From a virus, in the IMG/VR virus record IMGVR_UViG_3300036832_001118, positions 1 to 64,000 of that record: 64,000 nt of DNA. One strand, written 5' to 3'. Position numbers and translations under genes: made by a program. Position 1 is the stretch's first letter. Every line of letters begins with the position of its first letter. Below the pieces are notes generated by a model that did not search any database, had not been told where the DNA came from, and saw only the letters and a program-made list of their open reading frames with translations. Positions 18,807 to 28,465 of the stretch are shown piece by piece.

Positions 18807-19678
18807 GCCTGCTGCGCGCCGTCATTCGCACGACGGCGGTCGGGGCACTTCGGGATCAAACCTGGGCGCAGGAGCGTGTTGCTGATAGCTCGATGATGCC
18901 GATCGCGCAGGCAGTCTACGGCGGTCCGGCGAAGCCATATATCATGGTATATACCGACAGAGACGACATCAGTCCGGTGCAGGCCAAGGCAGAACTGTAC
19001 AACGGGCAAAACCGGCTGCTGCAGTTGACTATCGAAATCGGGGTTGCCAGTGCCGTTCGCGATCCCACCGGTAAGCTCAATATTCAAATTGCCAACACCG
19101 ACGAAGGTATGGAGCTGGCCTGCGATATCGTGCAGGCGCAAGCGCTGGCGGCATTAATCGGCAACCCGCAGAGCATGTGGGGCGACGTGTTCAAGCAACT
19201 GACCCGCAAGGTGCACCGGGTGTTGACGGTGCGCGGCGGCCAGTCCGGGCAGGGCGTCAAGTATTCGGCGCGTCGCGTCATCATCGCGCTATCGACCATC
19301 TTTGACGCCGTGCCCGGCGAGGTGCTGGACACCAACCACCCGATCAACAAGTTTATCGCCATGGCGAACTCAAACCCATTTCTGCATGTTCAGGATACCG
19401 CAGCGGTGATCCAACCCTTGCTCGCTAACATCAATGCGCCGAGTTGGCGCCAGGCGCAGGCCTTCCTCGGGCTTGATACCGAGGCAGCAAAGATCATCAA
19501 TCCTGATGGCACCCCATTGCCGGTGCCGCTCTTTGAGACGCCGCCGTATGATCCGTTCCCGGCGCCCGGAACGCCGGATGAATATGTGCCGGCGACGCAA
19601 GACATCACGCTGATGGACGACGACAATCCCGAGCAAGAGTGGGATCCGCTCGTGCCGCAGTATCACGATTACGACTGA
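18803..19678 (+). CDS. Tail terminator/neck protein
   Basis: ALRDQTWAQERV.DS and PYI.VYTD motifs seen in alphaproteobacterial phage neck proteins. Confidence 0.65.
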   Translation: MSLLRAVIRTTAVGALRDQTWAQERVADSSMMPIAQAVYGGPAKPYIMVYTDRDDISPVQAKAELYNGQNRLLQLTIEIGVASAVRDPTGKLNIQIANTDEGMELACDIVQAQALAALIGNPQSMWGDVFKQLTRKVHRVLTVRGGQSGQGVKYSARRVIIALSTIFDAVPGEVLDTNHPINKFIAMANSNPFLHVQDTAAVIQPLLANINAPSWRQAQAFLGLDTEAAKIINPDGTPLPVPLFETPPYDPFPAPGTPDEYVPATQDITLMDDDNPEQEWDPLVPQYHDYD

Positions 19679-19680
19679 CC

Positions 19681-20328
19681 GTGATCCACGTTCTGATCCA
19701 AACCGATGATCTTTTGAACTGGGCCGGTTACTTCGGCGAGTTGCCGAAAAAGACACCCGAGGTTCTCGCCCGCGTGCTCAATAATGTCGGCGACGAAGTG
19801 CTGCAAACATCGATTGAGTACTTTGCCGAGAGTACCGGGCTCGACGCCATCGACGTGCGGCCGCAGCTGGAAGTGACCGAGGCCACTCCCAGCAATCTGC
19901 GCTGGGTGATGGATGCCAGCGCCATCGTCCTAAAAGAGTCTCCCAACTGGGAGCGGCCGTGGGACAAGCCCGGTGATAACACGTTCAGCCAGCAGCAACT
20001 GCTGCAAATCGTCACCAGTGGCGACCGTCAGGTCTGTCCGGTGTGCCTAGATGCAGCTGCAAATTCCCCGTACACCGTCGACGACATCAACAAACTGGCG
20101 GCAAAGTGGAAAGACAGAGATTTCCCGGTGCCCATCGGCGGTGAGGCGCGCACCAACCTGATCCATCCCTATTGCCGCTGCCGCACCGTGCCCTGGATTC
20201 AATCGCGACAGCTGAATGTGCAGTTCGCCACCACGCCGCCGACGCCGCCGGTGGTGTTGACTGCGCGTCAGTTAGGTCAGGCCATCGTTACAGAACTCGG
20301 CGCAACATTGAGAGTGAAGGTGCCGTAA
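19681..20328 (+). CDS. Tail completion-like protein carrying a MuF-type Cys motif
   Basis: ARVLN.VG (gpZ-like) N-terminus; TSGDRQVCPVC...IHPYCRC. Confidence 0.6.
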   Translation: MIHVLIQTDDLLNWAGYFGELPKKTPEVLARVLNNVGDEVLQTSIEYFAESTGLDAIDVRPQLEVTEATPSNLRWVMDASAIVLKESPNWERPWDKPGDNTFSQQQLLQIVTSGDRQVCPVCLDAAANSPYTVDDINKLAAKWKDRDFPVPIGGEARTNLIHPYCRCRTVPWIQSRQLNVQFATTPPTPPVVLTARQLGQAIVTELGATLRVKVP

Positions 20329-21089
20329 TGCTCAATCACTGGGAACAGATCTGGTATCACATCGCCGAGCTGCAGCGGCAGACCGGAAGCTCCGATCGCT
20401 TCGGCACGGTCAAGGAAGTGCAGGGCGACAGGATTAGAGTCAGCTATGGCATCAAACCGGACGGCAGCGAATTAATTAGTGGTTGGCTCTCCACTTCGGA
20501 TCAGCGCGGCGGCAATCGCGAGCGACACAACTACGAGAAGGGTCAGAACGTCCGCGTCAGCGCCATTGCTGGCAGCTTCCGCAATGGCAGCGTGAGCCAC
20601 TGGGCAGAAAGCGACTCATTTCCCGCGCCGGATCATGCCGATGACGTGAATGGCCATAGTGGCCAGACCGGCAAGGCGGCCTTCGCCTTCAACAAGGCTG
20701 GCGGGCAACAGCAAGGCGGCGGCGGTGGTCAGGGCGGCGGTGGAGGCGGCGGGCAGGGCGGCGGCCAGGAAGACTACGGCGAGATGATGATCTTCAAGCA
20801 GGCCGGCCAAAATCCGCAGCATCAGGATCAGACCGGCGATTGGCAGCAGGGTGGTGGCCAGCAACAACAAGGTCAACAGAAACAGAAGCCGGAAGCGGCA
20901 CAGAAGCTCCGGCTGGCCGAGAAGGGCTTCATTACCGGCCGCGTCGGCACGAATGTACGCTTTGCCGCGCACGAGCAAGGCGCGATGCTCCAGTACCAGG
21001 ATTTTACGATTTTCGTCGATAAGGGTGGTTGCTGGGCATCGAAACCGATCCAGATCAAGAAGTGTCAGATCCCGAAAGACGACAACTAA
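20328..21089 (+). CDS. Baseplate assembly protein V (spike)
   Basis: RFGTV.EV....RV, W.S...RGG, GQNV OB-fold pattern; Gly/Gln-rich insert. Confidence 0.75.
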   Translation: MLNHWEQIWYHIAELQRQTGSSDRFGTVKEVQGDRIRVSYGIKPDGSELISGWLSTSDQRGGNRERHNYEKGQNVRVSAIAGSFRNGSVSHWAESDSFPAPDHADDVNGHSGQTGKAAFAFNKAGGQQQGGGGGQGGGGGGGQGGGQEDYGEMMIFKQAGQNPQHQDQTGDWQQGGGQQQQGQQKQKPEAAQKLRLAEKGFITGRVGTNVRFAAHEQGAMLQYQDFTIFVDKGGCWASKPIQIKKCQIPKDDN

Positions 21090-21210
21090 TACTGTTCGGA
21101 GCCCACACGCCCCCCCACCCCACTCCGGGCAGTGTAGGTCCCCGCCGTCATCCACGGCCCCCAACCCCTGGCGGCGGGGGCCGCCCCAGCTAACAACAAG
21201 GAGTTGCTCC

Positions 21211-21459
21211 ATGCCTATCTCCCCACAGGAGGCGCGGCGTCGCGCCAAAGAGCAAGCCGCAACTAAAGCACCGGTGCAGACCTACATCATTATCGACGAG
21301 CATTTTCGTCCTAACGCGCACGGGCTCGGCGGTGTCAAGCCGTTCGTGAAGAACGGCAAGCAGTGTTTGGTGCTGACCGAACAGCAAGCCAGATACTGGC
21401 TTGATGCTGGCGCGATCGCGCCCGAGCAGCCCCCGGCAGAGCAGCCCCCGGCAGAATAA
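21211..21459 (+). CDS. Small baseplate-region protein
   Basis: AAGGAG RBS; LTEQQARYW..AG.I motif. Confidence 0.65.
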   Translation: MPISPQEARRRAKEQAATKAPVQTYIIIDEHFRPNAHGLGGVKPFVKNGKQCLVLTEQQARYWLDAGAIAPEQPPAEQPPAE

Positions 21460-22034
21460 TGGCTGGCAATACCGTCTCCGCCGTCCTCGACGACATTTAC
21501 TCGCAGACCCAATTCTTCAACGAAGTAAATGCTGTCTGGCCAGATTTGTGGAAGCAGCGGGCGTTTGTCTCGCCCGCACGCAATGGTATGGACCGCAGAA
21601 CCGGCAAACTGCTGCAAGGCTGGGATCATGTGCAGCAGTCGATGGAAATCATTTTCGAGACGCCGTTCCATGAGCGCGTGCTGCGTCGCTGGGTCGGCAG
21701 CTTCGTGCCGCGGCTGCTAGGCGAAGAAATCATCTATCGCATCATCACACGGTTCTGGTGGGCGATCGCTGAGGCGCTGGACCTGTGGGAACCGAACTAT
21801 CGCGTCAAGCGCGTCTATTTCATGGGTAACGCGACAACAACCAATCCGGCGTCGCAGCCGAATCCAGCGCTGCCCGATTTGGTTCGGCAGGGTCAAGTGA
21901 TCTTCCGCAACGAAGGTGTTTATCGGCCCCGCGCCCATCTCGGCGACTTCTCGCCGGAGACCCTTCGTTATTTCGGCGCAATCAGCCAGGGCGGCGGGGT
22001 CTGGGACATCGTCCCGGTTGGGAATAATGGTTGA
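21459..22034 (+). CDS. Baseplate wedge protein W (gp25-like)
   Basis: GMDRRTGK.L.GW.HV.QS..IF.TP..RV.RR..GS..P.L, WEP. Confidence 0.9.
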   Translation: MAGNTVSAVLDDIYSQTQFFNEVNAVWPDLWKQRAFVSPARNGMDRRTGKLLQGWDHVQQSMEIIFETPFHERVLRRWVGSFVPRLLGEEIIYRIITRFWWAIAEALDLWEPNYRVKRVYFMGNATTTNPASQPNPALPDLVRQGQVIFRNEGVYRPRAHLGDFSPETLRYFGAISQGGGVWDIVPVGNNG

Positions 22035-23100
22035 AAACCTCGTTACCACAACGCCGAGCCGGTTCTCGGTTATCCGGCCTGAGTTGTTGCCGACCATGCA
22101 GGTGTTGGAGTCGATCGGCACCGAGGACATCCTCACGCGACGCATGCAGCAATTGCTGATCATTTGGAACCAGCACGACCCGCCCAACGCCGCGCAGTAC
22201 GATGTTCAGGGCCTTGAGTTCGATCCGATCAAGATCAATCAAGAACTGAACACCTACTTCGAGCTGATGGTGCGAGATCGGGTCAATCAGGCCTGCCGCG
22301 CCGTGACCTTAGCGTTTGCCGTAGGCAGCGATCTCGAGGCCATTGCCAGTCGCTACCCCTACGGCGTGCCGCGCATTCAGTACGATGTCAGCGGCAATCT
22401 GCTGACACCAGATCAGATCGCCGCCGGGGCAACCGTAGTCAGCAGCGAAACCGATGCGGTCTATCGCGAACGCATCTGGCTCAGCCCGAGCATGCTGTCG
22501 CTGACTGGGCCAGGGCAGGGTACCTATGAGAGTTACAAGTTCTGGGCGCTGAGTGCGCCGCAGTTTGCCGGTCAGTCGCTGTTACGCGATGCCAGTTGCT
22601 TCACCAAAGCCGGAACCGGCAACGTCTACATTCCGATCATGGCGGATTCGTTTGCTCCGGTTAGTACACTTGATCCGGTAACCAAGAACGTTTACACGAC
22701 GATCTTCAACAACAATCCAATCCCGAGTAAGGATCAGGTTTCGGCTGTCTATCAATACATTACCGCCGCGGATGTGGCGCGCAAGGGATTGACCGATGTG
22801 GTCAACGTGCTCGCGCCGAAGATGATCAGCACCAACATCAACGCTAGGGTATGGCTATTCCCCGGCGTCGATAAGGCCAGCACCATGCTGGCGACGATGC
22901 AGAGCGTCAATCAATTGGTTGCCGCGATCCGTTGGCTCGGCGCCGACCTGACCATGATGAGTTTGGAAGGCGCCTTTGCCCAGAACACCGGGGTGTACAA
23001 CGTGCAGATCACATCGCCGACCGGCGACATTACGGTCGACAACAGCGGCTGTGTGAACGTGGTGTCGTCGACCCTGACCTACATGGGCGTCGCCGAGTAA
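22027..23100 (+). CDS. Baseplate protein J
   Basis: RVNQA.RAV.LAFA.GSDL, ETD..YRERI.L, Y.FWALSA, LTD.V.V. Confidence 0.9.
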   Translation: MVENLVTTTPSRFSVIRPELLPTMQVLESIGTEDILTRRMQQLLIIWNQHDPPNAAQYDVQGLEFDPIKINQELNTYFELMVRDRVNQACRAVTLAFAVGSDLEAIASRYPYGVPRIQYDVSGNLLTPDQIAAGATVVSSETDAVYRERIWLSPSMLSLTGPGQGTYESYKFWALSAPQFAGQSLLRDASCFTKAGTGNVYIPIMADSFAPVSTLDPVTKNVYTTIFNNNPIPSKDQVSAVYQYITAADVARKGLTDVVNVLAPKMISTNINARVWLFPGVDKASTMLATMQSVNQLVAAIRWLGADLTMMSLEGAFAQNTGVYNVQITSPTGDITVDNSGCVNVVSSTLTYMGVAE

Positions 23101-23103
23101 GCC

Positions 23104-25671
23104 GTGGCCATTATCACCGTCACCAATGCGGCGACATTAGCCGGTACGGGTACTGTTGGTGTCGGCGGTACAGCGTTCATTACCAATGGCCTGCAGGTCT
23201 GGTACAAGTTCGAAGACACAACAACAACTGATAGTTCTGGTCAGAACAATACTGGCACAGTGACCGGATCGCCGCTGCCTACCTTGGGTGCGGGCAAGGT
23301 TGGTCAAGGCGTGGTGTTTAGCGGCGGCAGTGGTGCGGTATCCATACCGCCCACGGCGGTGTCAATACCCACGTCGACCTCGTCATTCTCCATCATGGCC
23401 TGGGTGAAAACCACCGGCGGGGACGGCACCCCCATCTTCGGCGGCCGCAAATCTGGCGGCAGTGGCATTCTTGACCTCGTCGTTGGCTACAACGGCGCCG
23501 ATAACTCAGGCACCGGCGCGCCCTCGATCATCATGCAGGGCGACAACGGTCTGGGCCAGACCCATATCAATGGTTCCAGTGCCATCAACAACGGGGCGTT
23601 TCATCACGTCGCCACCGTATTTGACGGCAGCGGTGGCGCTGGCAACCAAACGCTGAAACTCTATGTCGACGGCGTGCAGGTCGGCTCAACTGCGACCGCG
23701 CCCATCACCTCTGGCATTACCTTTGACGCCGCGGGCGCGAATGTCGGCCGCGAGAATGCCCAAGGCTGGAGCCTCACCGGCACCGTTGATGACTTCCGCT
23801 TTTACAATCGCGCTTTATCTGCGACCGAAATCAACACCATTGCCAGTCTCGGTGAAGCGGTATCGGTCGGCATACCGTTGGTCTTGCGCGCGGCGGCGCG
23901 GGCACCGTTGGTCGGCGCGGGGAACGTCAATTCGCGTCTCGCAAGCACATTCAACCTAAGCGCACCGTTGTCCGGTGTGGGCCAGCTTAATTCGCTTCTG
24001 GGGCGATCATCTACGCTGCAGGCCCCTCTGCTGGGTGCTGGCAATTTGCTGGCGACGATCGGTCTACCGGCGCAGCCAGGCAAGCTCATTCCGATCAGCG
24101 CCGTCTTCAGCGAAGGCCTGATCGATCCGGATACGGGTCAACCCTACGGCACCTGGCACGGGCGCGGCCGGATGGGTGTGACCTTCGGGCGGCTGATGGG
24201 GATCTTCGCCCAGTTTGCGGGCGAGGGCGGATGCGCGGTTACCACGACTTGGCTGCAGGCCGACTATATCTGGCCCGGTATTGTCGAGGATGCCGGCGAG
24301 CAAGTGTTATACCGCCAGGCGGCGGGGCTGGAGAAGTCACTCGCCACCGTTGATGCTTATCGGTTGACCCAGACCTACGCCGAGCTGATTCGAGATCAGT
24401 GGGATCCTTACCGGATCAGCTCAACCAATCTCCCCTATTTGGCTTGGGCGATGGGGGTCAACCTGTGGGAGGACAGCTGGTCGGAAGAGTTTAAACGTTG
24501 GTGGGTCGCCAACCAGTGGACCAAGAAATACGAGCGCGGCAGCGCACTCGGGCTCAAGGACTTCGTTAACACGGTCAACGCCTCTCCGGGGATGCACGCC
24601 GAGATTGTGAACTTGGTGGTGCCGCCAGCGTGCTTCTATCCGGGCAAGGCGCTGACCGATGCTGAGCGGGCCGCTTATGTGGCGCGCTTTCCGCAATTGC
24701 GCCTCTATCCATACGCGCCGCGCCCGCAGTTGCCCTATCTCGGTTATCTCGGCGGCTACTCGCTGACTAAGGGTGGTCAAAAGATATTCGTCAAGAACGG
24801 TCACTTCCTCGGTCCGCTGCTCAAGTACTACCCGACCAACTACAACGCGGGTGGTCTCTACCTGCGTTCAGCCTCGCTGTACGAGCCGAGGACCGGCGTG
24901 GAGACCCAGTTGACCGTGCGCACCATCACGGCCGCGTCGCAGCCGGGACAGAAGGAAATCACCTACGACGAGATATCGCTGTCCTCTATTCCCGGCAATC
25001 TGTTCTATCCGGGAAACAACAACAAACAGTATCTGCTGGCAAGGCATCCGACCACGCAGAGGCTCAAGCACGCCGTTGTGCTGGGGCGACTACCCTATAC
25101 GCCAAGCCGTCTGGTGCGAATTCCGCGTGACGGGACACTGGATCGCACACAATACCAAGCACTATTCACTACCATTGGTACTGGCCTCGATCCGATCAAG
25201 GTGCGGCCGGAACAGGTCTATCAGATACATCCGATGCGACAGCTGGAATGGTACTGCGGCATGCCTCTGCGCCGCACCTACCTGACCAAAACGAATGCTT
25301 GGCAATTCCTTTACGAGCGTTGGTATCTGTTCGATCCGACGCGGCTTCCCGATAACCGCAAGGCCGCCACCTACATGGGGCGCGCTCGGTTCGGTATCCA
25401 TAAATATACGGCCGAGGCCGATATCCAGGCGTGGTTTACCTGGCCGAAGTTCTATGCGCGGGCCAATGGCTATTACGGCAAGGGGCGATTTTTCCCGCCC
25501 AAAAACACCAAACTGATTGATCAAATCAGGCGCGCAGTAACCGCCTCGATGGCGGCGCGCGACACTGTGCTGATCGACACAGGCATCAAGCGCACAATTC
25601 AAATCCGCGATCTGACGGTGCTCGATGGTCGATTCTCCATCGGCCAATATGTCACCGACAGGACCGCTTGA
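23104..25671 (+). CDS. Tail protein I (P2 gpI-like) with an N-terminal LamG domain and Ala/Gly repeats
   Basis: WDP....LPYLAWAMGVNLWEDSWSEE.KR...RGS..GL; LamG motifs FSIMAWVK, HHVATVFD, KLYVDG, DDFRFYNRALS. Confidence 0.85.
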   Translation: MAIITVTNAATLAGTGTVGVGGTAFITNGLQVWYKFEDTTTTDSSGQNNTGTVTGSPLPTLGAGKVGQGVVFSGGSGAVSIPPTAVSIPTSTSSFSIMAWVKTTGGDGTPIFGGRKSGGSGILDLVVGYNGADNSGTGAPSIIMQGDNGLGQTHINGSSAINNGAFHHVATVFDGSGGAGNQTLKLYVDGVQVGSTATAPITSGITFDAAGANVGRENAQGWSLTGTVDDFRFYNRALSATEINTIASLGEAVSVGIPLVLRAAARAPLVGAGNVNSRLASTFNLSAPLSGVGQLNSLLGRSSTLQAPLLGAGNLLATIGLPAQPGKLIPISAVFSEGLIDPDTGQPYGTWHGRGRMGVTFGRLMGIFAQFAGEGGCAVTTTWLQADYIWPGIVEDAGEQVLYRQAAGLEKSLATVDAYRLTQTYAELIRDQWDPYRISSTNLPYLAWAMGVNLWEDSWSEEFKRWWVANQWTKKYERGSALGLKDFVNTVNASPGMHAEIVNLVVPPACFYPGKALTDAERAAYVARFPQLRLYPYAPRPQLPYLGYLGGYSLTKGGQKIFVKNGHFLGPLLKYYPTNYNAGGLYLRSASLYEPRTGVETQLTVRTITAASQPGQKEITYDEISLSSIPGNLFYPGNNNKQYLLARHPTTQRLKHAVVLGRLPYTPSRLVRIPRDGTLDRTQYQALFTTIGTGLDPIKVRPEQVYQIHPMRQLEWYCGMPLRRTYLTKTNAWQFLYERWYLFDPTRLPDNRKAATYMGRARFGIHKYTAEADIQAWFTWPKFYARANGYYGKGRFFPPKNTKLIDQIRRAVTASMAARDTVLIDTGIKRTIQIRDLTVLDGRFSIGQYVTDRTA

Positions 25672-25681
25672 GGAGTCAACG

Positions 25682-28267
25682 ATGGCCGAAAAAGAAGTCT
25701 TGTTTGAAGACAATATGGAGACCCAGGCGCAGGACTTTAACAACCTGCAAGACTGGATCGGCAAGTCGATTGACGACGTCGTTGTTGACGCGATCGATGC
25801 CGGCAATGCCTACACGGGTTTGGGCATATCCAAGGCGGCGGCTACCCAGGTGACCATTGCGCCGGGTAGGTTGTACTGGGGCGGTGCCGTCTACATCATG
25901 GAAGACCCGGTTACGATCGACTTTCAAACAGTTGCCGGTGGAATGCCGGTGACGCAGAAGCGGCAAATCGCCATCGTCGCGTGGGGCAGCACGATCACGA
26001 CCGATGTCCAGCCGCGCAACTTCGTTGTCGACGCAGACACCGGGCAGGCGCAGCCCGAGAGCGTGGCGATGACCAGCATTCGGACCTGCAACGTTGGCCC
26101 GATCCCCGGCGTTGAAGCGCCCAGTCCTAACTATCCGGCTGTGCCCGCCACCAACTTGCTGATTGGCTACGTGCTGATGGACCCGTCTGGCGTGGTGTCC
26201 ATTCAGCAGACGAGTTCAACGCAGCTTACGAATTTGACGACCCTGGGCAATGCGGTCGGCGGACTGATGGCGTGGCAGGGTATTGTTAATGGGCAGATTT
26301 CTACTCTACAGACCAGCTTGGCGGCATTGGCTGCCAGCCTGGCGAACTATGTCACCCTCGACATGTTCAGCAAGCTAACAGATCTCGTGAATCAGATATG
26401 GCAGATCGTCAACAAGCCAGCCACTTATGTGCTCGACAGCATTGATAACTTCTTCGATTTATCTCAGTCCGCAGTAGGCACTAATGTCGACGGACCATAC
26501 GCTGCCAATGTGGCGGAGGGCATTCGCTTTGTTTCGAATGGTAACTGGACCGGAAAGTTGGTGTTGTTGAATAATACTGAGCCAGCAATTCAAGCCTGGG
26601 ATACGTTCATTCTGCCGAAACCCTCGGGCATGCGCGTGCGCATGGACTGCAGTTTTCAGGGCCTTGATTGGGTCGCGGAACGTATTCTTGGGCATCCGTA
26701 TTGGACCTACTCACCGCGCAAACTGGCCTGGGCACGTGAGCGGTTTCGTTGCGGCGTGCCGTTCTTGCCGTGCCCATCTCCAACGGTGTTTGCTTGGACC
26801 GGCACGCTCGATCCAGTCTACTGCAATTTGCGCTTTGATGCAGGCGACACATGGCCGGGTATACCGTGCAACCAGCTGGTTAAGTATCCGGATGATGACT
26901 GGGATTTCCCGCGCTACATCCCGAACCGTAATTTCTATTACTGGGAAGACGCTGTCGATGTGTTTTACTGGAGCAAGGTGAGCGCCAGTCTACACTATAA
27001 CCACAATCACTACGGCCAATCATTTCTCAATTCTCAAGACGGCTGGCTTGGCGGAATTACCGTGTTCAGCATGGTGCCGAATTATTTTCAGCCACTGACC
27101 CTATTGATCTATCGCTGCGACGATCAGGGAGTGCCGGATCATCAGCAATGCATCGCTCAACTCGATCTTGATGCTGCCGGGGTGCAGGCTTGTTACAGCA
27201 ACCCGATACAATTGGGTGATTTGGTCGCTCCCGCTCAATTGACGTTTGAACTTCAACAAGCGTTACAGGCTGGCTATAGGCCTGGCGATTTTATTGGGTA
27301 TACGAGCGATGAAGGTGTAAGGGCCTATATGAGTTTTGGTTTTGTCGTGGTTCCGGGTAATTTCGTAAATAATGCGCAAGTCTGGAACATTTATTTTCCA
27401 GGTTTCCCGGTCTTTGCCTATCCGGTGCGACTGACGTTCTCGCCAGTATATCTCGAAGCTGGCAAGCGTTATTCGTTTCATCTAGGCAGCCAATCCGATC
27501 ATCAGTTCGCAGTCTCCATTGACCCGTCCTGCTACTCAGTGCATCACGGCGATTTCTGGGAGTACGATGGCTCTGCTTGGTTCCGGGTTGTGACGGGTGG
27601 GCCACGGACGCTGCGCTTCATGCTGCATTATCTGGTCTGGGGACAGTATGGGCAGAACACGCCGACCGGGCAGCTGCGCTACGATGTGGAGATGCAGCCG
27701 CTGTCTCTAACCGGCGGCATCCAATCGGCCGACATTCTGGCTGAGCATATCATTCCAGCAGCCACGGACCTGAGCTATGCGCTGTTTCTCAACAATAAGT
27801 GGCAGCCGTTCGATTCCAACCCGAATAACCCGACGCCGCTTAATTCTTCGGTACAACTGGCACGCTTGAAGATCGTCTTCACCGGCACGACCGATTTGAT
27901 GCCTGGTGTTAGCCTGACCAACAGCCAAGTAAAGCTGACAGGTACGACGCAGAACCAGTTCTATCACATCTCGACCAACATCTCGCGCGGCTCGCCGACC
28001 GGTACTGGCCTTCAGGTCATTACCAGCTCGACCAATTTCGTGCCGGCCCATCATACGCTGAGCTGCTTCATCCACACGACGGCGCGACAGACGCCGACGA
28101 CAGTCAGCCCCCCTGTGGTGCTGAGCGACGGAGTCACCACTCAGCACGTCTGGCAGTTTACGACGGGGGTCACCTCTGTCAGCAACTATCAGGTGGAATT
28201 GTCGGGCGGCACTGATGGTACCGGCGACAACTTTGTGGTCAACCAACGATCGGCCTACGGTAAATAA
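25682..28267 (+). CDS. Large tail/baseplate fibre-associated protein
   Basis: GAGGAG RBS; position after gpI; VTIAPGRLY.GG.VY N-terminus. Confidence 0.7.
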   Translation: MAEKEVLFEDNMETQAQDFNNLQDWIGKSIDDVVVDAIDAGNAYTGLGISKAAATQVTIAPGRLYWGGAVYIMEDPVTIDFQTVAGGMPVTQKRQIAIVAWGSTITTDVQPRNFVVDADTGQAQPESVAMTSIRTCNVGPIPGVEAPSPNYPAVPATNLLIGYVLMDPSGVVSIQQTSSTQLTNLTTLGNAVGGLMAWQGIVNGQISTLQTSLAALAASLANYVTLDMFSKLTDLVNQIWQIVNKPATYVLDSIDNFFDLSQSAVGTNVDGPYAANVAEGIRFVSNGNWTGKLVLLNNTEPAIQAWDTFILPKPSGMRVRMDCSFQGLDWVAERILGHPYWTYSPRKLAWARERFRCGVPFLPCPSPTVFAWTGTLDPVYCNLRFDAGDTWPGIPCNQLVKYPDDDWDFPRYIPNRNFYYWEDAVDVFYWSKVSASLHYNHNHYGQSFLNSQDGWLGGITVFSMVPNYFQPLTLLIYRCDDQGVPDHQQCIAQLDLDAAGVQACYSNPIQLGDLVAPAQLTFELQQALQAGYRPGDFIGYTSDEGVRAYMSFGFVVVPGNFVNNAQVWNIYFPGFPVFAYPVRLTFSPVYLEAGKRYSFHLGSQSDHQFAVSIDPSCYSVHHGDFWEYDGSAWFRVVTGGPRTLRFMLHYLVWGQYGQNTPTGQLRYDVEMQPLSLTGGIQSADILAEHIIPAATDLSYALFLNNKWQPFDSNPNNPTPLNSSVQLARLKIVFTGTTDLMPGVSLTNSQVKLTGTTQNQFYHISTNISRGSPTGTGLQVITSSTNFVPAHHTLSCFIHTTARQTPTTVSPPVVLSDGVTTQHVWQFTTGVTSVSNYQVELSGGTDGTGDNFVVNQRSAYGK

Positions 28268-28278
28268 GGAGAGAAGTT

Positions 28279-28464
28279 ATGGCGGAACAGTATTATAGCG
28301 TTCGACCAAAGACGGTTTTCCAAGCCAATGACGTGATTTTCTATCCGGGGCGCGGCGACTACATCGTTGCGGAGAGTGTTTATAACGGTAAGACCGATGA
28401 TGGCCAGGCCAATTTTATGGACCTGTGCGAGTCGGCAACGCCGGTTAACGCTCCGGGCAGTTAG
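28279..28464 (+). CDS. Small tail-associated protein
   Basis: AAGGAG RBS. Confidence 0.65.
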   Translation: MAEQYYSVRPKTVFQANDVIFYPGRGDYIVAESVYNGKTDDGQANFMDLCESATPVNAPGS

Positions 28465-28465
28465 A

